A stretch of 64,000 bases of DNA from Cyanophora paradoxa CCMP329 (Eukaryota > Plantae > Glaucophyta): assembly GCA_004431415.1 (NCBI GenBank), contig QPMI01000477.1, positions 372,001-436,000 of the forward strand, given 5' to 3'. Position numbers and translations under genes: made by a program. The notes below the pieces were generated by a model. It saw only the letters and a program-made list of their open reading frames with translations, did no database searches and was not told where the DNA came from. The stretch's first letter is position 1, and each line of letters begins with the position of its first letter. Below are positions 25,226 to 39,674 of the stretch, piece by piece.

Positions 25226-25842
25226 CTTGACTGCTAGATTGAAAGGGAGGGCATCAGACGCGGGCGGGCTGACCGCGCAAGCCGCGGGCGACGAACCGGA
25301 TCAAAAAGGCGCGAGTTCGGGCTGTGCGTATGCTGTGAGCGCTGTGCTACGCTGCGGCTGAAACGCAGACGCCTGGTCGAGGCGAAATGAGCTAGCTGGC
25401 CTTGCTCAAGAATGAGCTTTGTGAGGCGCGGAAGGAGCAAAAGAGCGCATGGAAGTTCGCGTGACATGGTCAGGGAACCAGGTCAGGTCGCCGGGTCGTT
25501 CGAACTCGAGGTTGCTTGACTCAGGCGATGTGTGTCTACGGTACCCCTCCAGGTCATGCAACCTCGAGTTCGAACGACCCGGCGACCTGACCTGGTTCCC
25601 TGACCATGTCACGCGAACTTCCATGCGCTCTTTTGCTCCTTCCGCGCCTCACAAAGCTCATTCTTGAGCAAGGCCAGCTAGCTCATTTCGCCTCGACCAG
25701 GCGTCTGCGTTTCAGCCGCAGCGTAGCACAGCGCTCACAGCATACGCACAGCCCGAACTCGCGCCTTTTTGATCCGGTTCGTCGCCCGCGGCTGGTCAGC
25801 CCGCCCGCGTCTGATTCCCTCCCTTTCAATCTAGCAGTCAAG

Positions 25843-28800
25843 ATGGCGGACAACCGGACTCTTGGTGTGCTTCTTTTAGCGCTGCTCGCGTTGTTGTTGC
25901 GCGCTAGATGACAGGCTGCGCAGAGGAGGTCGTGGCCCCCGTGAAGGACTGGCTTGGTCCGCGCGGCGGCCGGAAGCGCGTCGAGCTTCTCTGCAACGGG
26001 CCGCTCGCGGCGGCCGCGAAGACTGCACTGGCCGGTGCCCTGGTCGTGCACGTTCCTGCTCTGCAGGCTGCGTGCGAGCTGCTCCTCGCGATGGTCATCC
26101 TCCTGGGCGCGACGAACGTCGGCAAGTCGACCCTCTGCAACGCCTTCGTCGGCTCCGTCGTTCTGCCCGCGTACGCCCGCGCTCTCGGGCCGCCAGGGGC
26201 CATGGGATCCAGGCCTAAGTTGCCGCCTAACGCGAGGCTCGCAGGGTGCCGCAGTCGGAGTCGGCGGTTCCGACGGCGGTGGAGCATGTCGAGCGGGCGG
26301 GACCGCCCGTCCTGACTGGCCTGCAAGGCGGGACCCGCGTCGAGCTCGAGAGGGGCGACGGGCCGATCTACAAGCGTCTCAAGAAGATGTCGGAGGATGC
26401 CCGCGAGGATCGAACTGGCGCCAAGGCGAGGGAGATGCGCGGTGCGCGTGCCGGGGCGCCGTTCGGGGCACCGCTTGGCCCGGGCGTGACGCCGGCTGCA
26501 GAGATGGAGCTGCGCGTGGAGGCGAGCATCGGCTTCGCGGCGCGGGGCAGCGCCGCGGTGCCCGGCGTGCGATTCCGGCTCCTCGACTGCGCCGGTGCGG
26601 GCGGTCGGCGGCCGCGCGCTCGGCGGGCGTTGCTGACGCGGGGCGGGCCGGCAGGCGTCGGGAGGCCGGGCGGGGCACCTGGCGCGGGAGACGGCGGGGG
26701 CGGGGGCGCGGAGCGACTTCGTGGTGTTCGTGCTCTCGTACACGGACCTGGCGAACGCGGAGGCGTTCAGGAGGCTCGGGGATCTGCTGCGCGAGCGGCC
26801 CGACCTCACGGACCGCATCGTCGTCGTCGTAAACAAGGCGCGCGGGGCCCGCCCGCGGCGCCCGCGGCGCCGCCTCACGCGGCTGCCGCAGATCGACCAG
26901 CACCGCCCGGCGGAGGAGGGGGCTCTCAAGCCGGCGGACGTGCCGGCGCGCGTCGTGCGGATGCTGCGCACGGAGACCGGGGTGCGGGGCGCCGGGGGCC
27001 CGGGCCGCATGTTTGGGGCGGGGCTGACGGGCGGCAGGTGGAGGTGCCGGAGGGGGCGGTGGTGTGCGTGGCGGGGCGCAAGGCGCTGCTCGCCCGCCGC
27101 TTCCTCGCCGGCGAGGCGACTGCCGATGAGAAGGACGAGCTGTTCCGCAAGAAATTCGGCTTCCAGTGGCAGACCCTCGATGCCGCGAACCTTCGCGACT
27201 ACGCCGAGCAGGCTGTCGATGAGGTTCTGCCTCCACTTGCGTTCTCGGGCGGCGCGGCTGACGTGCGGGGCGGCGCAGAGCGGCCTGCCGGCGCTGGAGG
27301 CGCGTCTCGTGGCGACGGTGGTGCAGAACCGGGCCCTCCTCCTCGACGCCGCCGCCGGCCGCCTGCGCTCGGGCCTCACGCCCCTCGCCGAGGTGCGCGC
27401 GGCCCGGCGCGCGGCGCCCTTCCGCCCTCGACCGACGCCGGCGGCGCAGGGCGTGAAGGCGCTCTTCGATGCGGTCTCGGCGAGGCGGAGGCGGCGGAGG
27501 CGGCCGCCGGCGAGAAGGAGCGGGCCCTGGCCGTCGTGCGCGGTGAGCGCGCCCCGCCGCGCCCTCCGCGGCTCCGGCTGACGTCTGCACGCCCGCAGGC
27601 CGCGAGGCCGAGGCCACCGGCGCCGCCTCCGCCGCCGGGGACGCCGGGCGGCCGGGCGGCGGCGCTGCTTGGCTGGGAGCTGGTCCAGTCCCTCGGCCAG
27701 GCCGCCCGCCACGTCGACCTCGTCGGGCCGCTCCGGCAGCACGCGGCCGCCATCGCCGACGCGGCCGGGGCGCTCCTGTCCGGCGTGCCGGCCCAGCGCC
27801 GGAACGCCCGCTCGGCGCTGCTGGCGGCCCCCTTCGGTAGCGCGGAGGTCGTCGCCGACTTCGACGCGGCGGAGGCGGCGGTTGACTCGCAGCTCGACGA
27901 GCTCCGCGCGCGCGCCGAGACGCCGGGCCGCCCGGCGCCCACCGCCGACGAGGCCGAGCGCGCCGCCCGCGCGGCCGGCGAGGCGGCCGCCCGCTTCGCG
28001 CAGGGCGCCGCGGCCCGGCTCCTCTGCCGGGCCTCGGCCCGCCTCGGCGACCTCCTCGGCTCCTCGGCCCGCGCGGCTCTTCTGAAAGACGTACCCCACG
28101 TGGCAGAGGCCGCGGCGGCGGCCGTGACCGCCGCCGCGGCGCGCGCGGCAGAGGCCAACGCGCGGCGCTGGCTGGCCGAGCGCGGCGTTGCGCCTGCGTC
28201 GGGCGCGGGGGCGGTGCGCGCGACGTCGCGCCAGGAGACGGTCGTCGTGCAGCGCCCCGAGACCGTACCCGTCCCGCACCACGAGGAGATCACCGAGGAA
28301 GTGCCCGTCGTCCACGAGGAGCAGGTCCAAGTCGTCGGTGCGCCCTCAGCTTGGCGTTCCGATGCTCTGAGCCGGGCAAGGCTAGACGCTCACGCGCTCG
28401 CTCGGCGGCCGCGCCGCGCGCAGAGCAGCGGGCGACGATCGTCAAGCAGAAGGTCCAGGAGCAGGAGCCCATCGTCGAAGGCCGCTGCTTCGTGGGTGCG
28501 CGGAGCCTGCGCGCACAAAGCGCACTTGCGCGTCGCTCGACGCCCGCCCGTACGCAGTGGGCGGCCGGCGCTTCGGGCTCTTCGGCCCCAAGCCCAAGGA
28601 GTGGCGCAACGTGGTCGTGGGGTACCGCACCGTCGAGCGCGAGATCGACGTACCCACGGTCGAGAACGTCACGGTGACGAAGACGGTGCGGTACCCCGCT
28701 AAGCTGTCCCCCTTGGCCGGCCCTAAGCCACCCGCGCCGCAGGTGCCGCGCGTGCGGACGGAGGAGCGGACGCGGACGGTTGTGGTGGTGCGCGAGGAGC

Positions 28801-29315
28801 AGCGGATGCGCGACGCGGCGGAGACGGCGACGGTCGAGGGCCACGTCGTGGACGGCGCGGCGCTTGCGGCCGCCATGCGGCCCTCGATCCAGGCCGTCTG
28901 CGACGCCATCCTCGCCGAGGCCTCCGACCTCTTCTCGTCGGCGGCCGTCGCGGCGGCTGCGCGGCGCGAGGCGGCGGCGGCGGCCCTGCCCGCCTGCGCG
29001 CCGCCCGCGCGGCGGCGGAGGGGCGGAGGGGCGGCGCGGGAGGCGCTGGCGGGGGCGCGGCGGGAGCAGTCGGCGGCGGAGGCGGAGCTGGTCGCCCTGC
29101 GCGGCCTCCTCGCCGCCCTCCCGCGCCCCGCGCCGGCGTCGCCGCCGCCCTCGCCGCCGCCGGCGCCTGAGCGCCGCCCGCCCCCGCCCTCCCCTCTTCC
29201 CTTCCCTCCCGTAGTCTTCCCTTGCGAGTCTAGACAGGCTTTGAGCGCGGCGCGGCGCGGCGGCCTCTTTCGCATCCGCCGCCCCCGCTTCGAACGCTCT
29301 TCGCAGTCTCTGTAG
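25843..29315 (+). CDS. Bacterial-type dynamin-like GTPase (CrfC/YjdA/BDLP-like), copy B
   Basis: Same exon layout as copy A. G1 GATNVGKST at 26106-26132, DCA/G at about 26585, NK/ID split by a GC-AG intron at 26838. The stalk and tip are diverged from copy A. Confidence 0.8.
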
Positions 29316-29663
29316 ATCTAAGATTGTGTGGTCGAGCCTTCTTTTCGTTGGCGCCCGCAGTGCCCGCACGTGCGCCGGGCGCTCTTCGCAGTCTCTTTGG
29401 ATGTAGGACGCATTGTGCGGTCTAGCTAGGAGTGTTTATATCGCATTCGCAATCGCAGGTCCGCTTTCTCAGCTGCAGCCTGCAGCAGCAGATTTATTAG
29501 GCTCTCGTGTGCCCCCGGGCCGAGTTAAATATAAATATCATCGAGGCCTAGGGGTCAATCATAATCATGCATTTTGAATTCGAGCCGAGCTCGTGCACAC
29601 TAAAGAAACATACAACTTTTTCGCATTTCTTTTCGATACGCACTGCAAACACATTTTCATGTC

Positions 29664-32071
29664 CTAATTATAATCCTCATCCTCGCCCTCGTCGTCCTCC
29701 TCGCCTTCGTAATAGGCCTCCTTCCCCACTGCGAGGATAAACTGCGCAGTGCGTCAAAATGGCATTGCCAGTGCGCGCGCGGGGGGAGCGCTAGAGGGGG
29801 GGGGGGGGGGGGGGGGAGCGCTAGCGGCCTGCGGGGCGCACGACGAGACGCTCGGCAGTGTCGGCGAGGGCGCCAGAGAGCGTGTGGATGCCGCTGAGGG
29901 AAAGGGTCTCGCGGGTGCTGACTGCTCGGGTGGTTGGCCATAGGCTGTGCGCACCGCTCGCGGAGCGCTTCGATGGTCTCGGACACGTGCGTATGCGGGG
30001 GTTCGTCCTGCGATCGCGACCCGTGAGGTCTTCCGCTGTGGCGGGCCTGAAGCTTCAAATGCGCGGGTACCTCCGGCAGGTACCCCAGTGTGCGGCAAGC
30101 GTAGTCGACCATGAAGCAGAGCATCGCTATGCGGTCCTCCCGGCTCCCCGCCAGACTCTGCGGGGCGCCGGCGTATATATACAGGCGGCGGGCCAAGACG
30201 CCCCCGCGCGGACCTCTAGGTTCTGCATGGCGGCCAGGATTTCCTCCTGCACGGCGCTGATCATGGGGCAGCGCCGAGTCGGGCTGCGCAGGGCAGCGCG
30301 CACGAGCGCCTCGAGGGCCTCGTCGTCGCTGGTGGAGCCCGCCGCACGAACCGTGAAGACGACCGCCACCTGCGCCCGCTCAGGCCCCCGCCCGGCGCTA
30401 GCGCTGCAGCGGGCGGGCGGCCTGCCTTCAGGGCCAGGTCGCTTTCGGGGTCGATCTCTGACTTGTCAGGAAAGGTCCCGCGGAGGGGAAACTCTGCCTG
30501 AGGGGACGATTGTCGAAAAGGGTCCCGCGGGGCGGGGGGAGGCCGCGGCGGACGGGATCGAGGCCGATTTCCTTCAGGTAGATTCCCAAGAGATTCGCCA
30601 GAAGCGCATCATGCTCGCCTTTCTTCCCCCCCTTGACCCGCACCCCCCGCATTCCCCACGGGCTGCCGGCGCTGAGGGCCGGGCCTCCCAGACCCTCGCC
30701 CCGGGCGGTGCATGCGCACTCGGCGTCCTTGAGCCACTCCACGAGGCGGGTTGCGTACACCCTCCGCTCCTCCAGCGAGAGCGGCGCGAGGTCCACCCAC
30801 CGTCTCTGGCGCCGCGCTGTACTTAGAGTCTGCGCCAGCGACAGCATATGCATGGTGGGAGGGCGCACCTTGTAAACGGCATCGGCGGCCCGAAGGCAAT
30901 CGTCATCGCTCAGAAAGTCGTACTGGCGGCCGGCGACGATCGCTTCCATGAAACCCCTGGTTCGATCGCGATCAATTCAGGATCAGTTGCCCAACGGCCG
31001 ACTGCGATGTGGTAGCGCGCACCCGTCGAGTTCAGGCCACGTGTCGGGCCCGGCCTTGCCGCGCCCTACGGCCTTGTCGACCCCCACGGCGAAGGCCTGG
31101 CACGCCTCCACGAACGGCACAGCCTCCGGAACGTTTGCGGCGCTGCAGAGAGGCGGGCGTCAATCAGCGGGGGCGGCGGGCGGCAGGCATCGGGCATCGG
31201 TAGCGGGGCCACCAGCTGTTGAGGAAGGAAACAAGCTCGCCGAAGGACGCCTTGTCGTCAAAGGGCGGCAGGTCAAGCAGGAGCATCGCGTGGGCGACCA
31301 CTCTGCAGAGCGGATCACGCCAAGTTCGGGATCGGAATCGGAGCCGAATTCGAAGGGCGGGGGCGCACTGCCGGGCAGCGTCGTCCCCAAAAAAGCTGTA
31401 AATGAGGCTGCCGTAGGCGCTTGCCAGGCGATCCGCGAAGGAGATGTGGAGGCCGTCCGGGGCCCCCAGGAGAACCTGCCTGCGAGCGGCCTCCTCGAGT
31501 CGCACTCCGACGACAGCCGAGGCGGCATTCGCAACCCGTCCAAGCAGCTCCATCGCCAGCGTTCTTGCCTCCCCTCGTCCGTCTCCACCCGCGCCAGCGC
31601 CAGCTGCAGCTGCAGCGCCCCTCGAGCTCCCGCGACCGAAGCCCTTCTTGGCTTGCGCGAGCATAAGCGGACCGCGCCAGCTGCAGGCGCCCTCTATCCG
31701 AGTTGATGAGACGTGCGCAAATAACGATGCGCATCCCCGACTGCCGAAAAACTGACGTCGACGCGAAGCGAACAAGGCCAGCTGCGCATGCAGCTGCGCA
31801 TATGCATGCGGCCGGCTCTGCCCGCCGATCACCGGCACTGCTGGCTGCTGAGCGCAAGCTGACGTTGATGGAGCAGCCGGAAAAGCGGAGAAAGCTTGCG
31901 GCCGCTGGATGGTCGTTGCAATTGCAATTGCGACGAAAGCATTCGCACCCCGCGGATTGTGCTGCGCGCCCCGACGTTGACGAGTTCTTCAGCACTCATC
32001 AATTGGCACAGTAATTTGGAAGAACTACGCACATGTAGAGAAACGAGCTCGCGCCCGACTCGCGTTGACAT
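29664..32071 (-). CDS. Multi-exon hypothetical all-helical protein, possibly plastid-targeted; start uncertain
   Basis: More than 10 short exons with good splice sites (e.g. VAHAMLLLDLPPFDDKASFGELVSFLNS; GFMEAIVAGRQYDFLSDDDCLRAADAVYK; IAMLCFMVDYACRTLGYLPEVPAHLKLQ). R/S-rich N-region with RRQFFGS and AKKGFG; acidic tail EGEEDDEGEDEDYN*. Confidence 0.55.
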
Positions 32072-32643
32072 GTCCAGTTAACGTTGGCAGCAGCCAGCGA
32101 AGCGAGCGAAGCGGCTAGCGCGCGGAGCCGCGGACCGGATGCTGGACGTAGCCGGATGCTTCAGCTGGCGGCCCAGCTGTACCCCCCCAGCCGTGCGCAT
32201 GCGGGGCCCGGGCCGCGCCGGGAGAGGGTGCCGGACACTATAGCTAGCTCGAGGAAGGGGTGGGCGCGGCCGCGGCCGCGAGCGCTAGCCTGGCCTAGGC
32301 TAGCCTGCTGCGGCCGGGCTGCGCCGGCAGTACGGCGCCGCGCGATCCCTCTAAGCCCGCTCGTCTCGACCTTCATCGATTCACACTTCATCGATTCACA
32401 TCGCAGAGCACGGCATCGCATCACATGGGGAGGGGAGGGGAGACAGAGAAAGCACGCCGGCGGGTAGGCGGAGGCCCGCGAGCAGGAGCATCTGCGCCTT
32501 TGACTCGACTCGCGCCCCCGCCGACGGCGGAGGCAAGGCGAGGCGAGTCGAGGCGAGGCCGGGCCGACTGGAGCCGTCCGCACGGCGGGCCCGGCCGGCT
32601 CGCTAGGCGGAGACCTGCACGGAGGGTCGTCCCTGGATCAGAC

Positions 32644-34371
32644 CTAGCAGACGGGCGGCGGCGGCGGGGGCGGCGGTTGGGCGGGGACCTGGAGGATCAT
32701 CTTGAGGAGGCCGAAGGAGACGTTGCAGCCGATCCCCGCCAGGATCCCTGCGTCGCAGAGAGAGAGAGAGAGATAAGGCGCGGGAGCGTCCGCCCGCCAG
32801 AGCCGTCAGAGGCGGGGGCGGCGCGGGGGGCGGAGATAGAGGCGGCGGGCGGGCGGGGGGCCGGGCGCACCGAGCTTCTGCTTGCGGGTGCGGACCTCCC
32901 ACAGCCAGAAGAGCATGATCAGGCCTGCCCCGACCGGCGTCAGAGTTCGCTTGCGATAGGCCTACAGCCTAGGATCAGCTTAGCAGCTTAGGCCCACCTA
33001 GCGCTCCTAGCGCTCGCGCTAGCGCGACCGGCGCTAGAACCCGCATGTACAGCGGTTACGGCCCGCCTAGCGCTCTTCACCGCAACCGCGATCCGGCCTC
33101 CTGCTCCACGGTACCCCCCCCGCATTCGGCGTACCCAGGATGAAGCCGAGGACGATGCCGAAGAGCATGTCGAGGTTCGACCCCTCCGCGCTCCGCTCCT
33201 CCTGCAGCCGCGCCTGCCGGGGGGTACAGGGAAGGTCAGGGGGTACGGGGAAGGGGGATGGGAGTGGATGAGCGGAGGGGGGGTACGGCAGGCTCGCCTG
33301 GAAGGCGGCGGGGTCCTCGATGGGGCCCCGCGAGGCAGACAGGAACTCCTCCTCGAGCCTCCTCAGCTCCGCCTCGTCTGGGGGGTACGCGATTATCAGC
33401 AAAAGGGGGGTACGGCGATAGCCGCGTCGAGTTCGCGTACCCAGGTCCCGGGCGCCGCCGTTTCGGAGGCGAGAGGCGATGAGCTGCATTCGGATGAGGG
33501 CGAGGTCCTCGGCTGCGGGCGGCGCTTTGAGTAAACTTTCGCTGCCCGGGACGGGGTTGGGTACCGTTGAATCCCATTTCCGCGAATCGGCTCGCGATGG
33601 GCTCCTGCGGGTGCGGGATAGGAGGCGCGGCCTGAGCGGCGCTCCGGGGAGGGGAAGGGGGGTACGCGGGCGCGGGCGCGGGCTCGAACCTCGCGGGCGC
33701 CCTCGGGGTCGGCGGGCCGCTGCACGGGCTCGTGGAGCACGACGTGCACGAAGGAGTGGTCCTGCGCGCACGAGCGCGCCCCGCGTTCCTAAGCGGTGGC
33801 GAGGCGGCGGCGGCGGAGGCGGCGGCACGCGGCGGGCGCAGGCGCACGTGGAGGCCCGCGTCCCGCAGGCTCTGCCTGTCGTCCTGCGCGGGCGGAAGGG
33901 CCGTCAGCGATCCGACCGGCCGCGGGACGCGCGCAGCCAAGGGCGCGGCGCGGGAAGATGCGTCTGGAGAGCAGTCGCAGGGCCTCGAGAAGGTCGCGGG
34001 GAGATGCGCTCGCTCGGGCCGCCTCGTGGCTTCGTGCGTGCTCTAGCTAAGCCCGCGGGGCTCGGGGAGAGAGCTTGCCTGTTCCCTGAGCAATCTTCCG
34101 GCGAAGATGAGCTTCACTGTCCTGTTCCCTGCAGCGCGGCGATCATAAGGTCGCGGATTCCCAGTCGAGCTTTGGCGGGCAGGGCTCGGGCGCACCTGCA
34201 GCTTCTTCTGTGCGGATCTGTGTTCTAAGCGCGCCTACTGTGCCATCAAGGTCGACGCTGACCTGCCTACTCCTCCCATCTGCGCCGAAGTCAGCGAAGG
34301 GAGACAAGCACAAGCCGGCGGAGGGGGCGGGGCGCGTGCTCGCCTGCGAATCGAAGGTGCAGGCTCTCCAT
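32644..34371 (-). CDS. Dsc3-like (DUF2407) ubiquitin-like-domain membrane protein, DSC/Tul1 E3 ligase complex subunit
   Basis: UBL MESLHLRFA/DGRSRQVSVDLDGTVGALRTQI.../NRTVKLIFAGRLLREQ/DDRQSLRDAGLH/DHSFVHVV; then RFAEMGFN/AEDLALIRMQL; LRRLEEEF; DMLFGIVLGFILG/LIMLFWLWE..RKQKL/GILAGIGCNVSFGLL. Confidence 0.8.
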
Positions 34372-34654
34372 CCTGCACGCACCCTCCGCCCGCCTCGTTG
34401 CTCGGCCTTCGATTCGGCCGAAAGTGGGCGCAAAGCGGGCTCAAACTGGCAGCCGATCGTACACAGCGCCTCTAGGATCGTATACGCTGTGCGACGTGCT
34501 GTTTGGCGTCTCTAGCGCTGCTTCCTTCGGTTCGGGTTTTCCGACACCTTGGGCTCGACTCCGGCCGGGCACGTTAACGACGCGACCGCTTCGCAGCCCG
34601 CGTAGGCGCCCAGGATACGGCGAACGCGTCCTTTGGCCTTATATAGCGAAAGCG

Positions 34655-39181
<4,527 letters not shown>

Positions 39182-39674
39182 CGAGGGGCTAGCGCTGGGG
39201 CGGCCGCGGGCCCGGGCCCCGGGGCGAAGTGGGGCGGGGCAGGCTGGCCCCGGGGCGACGGCTGCCACTATCCAGCTTTAATTTGGTTCGCGGATCGCGA
39301 GTCGGGGCTCGGAAGAAGGAATTTGATGCAGGCGAGCTCGAGGCGGGTACAGCGACCCGGGCCGTTACTCGGAGGTTGGCCGACCTGCCAGGCTGGCTTG
39401 GCGGGCGATCGACCGGGTGCGCGGACAGCACGGTCGGAAGGCGCACAAAGAGCGCTAGCGGGTCGCCGAGTCGGAAACCTAGGCCTGCGGCGCCCGGACG
39501 GAGTCGAGCTCAGAGGCCTGGGTTTAGGACGACCTACGCATACCAGCAGTTGCGGTTCGTCTCTGAGCATACAGCCCAGTTCTACGGTGCTAAAGGTGCG
39601 CTCCGCGGTCGCTGAGCGTCGGTTCCGCAGCCTAGCGGGCGCGCGCGAGCGGGCGCGCGCGGGCGGACCCAGGA

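Larger units (their letters stand above)
21663..29385. repeat. Large inverted duplication (palindrome) with ~3.85 kb arms and a ~32-42 bp central spacer (25521-25552)
   Basis: Sequence left of 25515 is the reverse complement of sequence right of 25558 (e.g. gcatggaagttcgcgtgacatgg / ccatgtcacgcgaacttccatgc). Similarity continues out to the 3' flanks at 21663-21800 and 29230-29385. Confidence 0.95.

Noticed and set aside
25406-25911. Small mirrored ORFs at the palindrome centre (MEVRVTWSG..., MSRELPCAL...)
   Set aside because: They appear on both strands only because of the symmetry and have no recognisable motif. The apparent signal peptide GVLLLALLALLL lies in the first intron of the dynamin gene.
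21663-29385. Palindrome as a fold-back read or assembly artefact
   Set aside because: The arms differ by many codon-preserving substitutions, an intron indel, an extra intron and unrelated tip exons. An artefact would give identical arms throughout.
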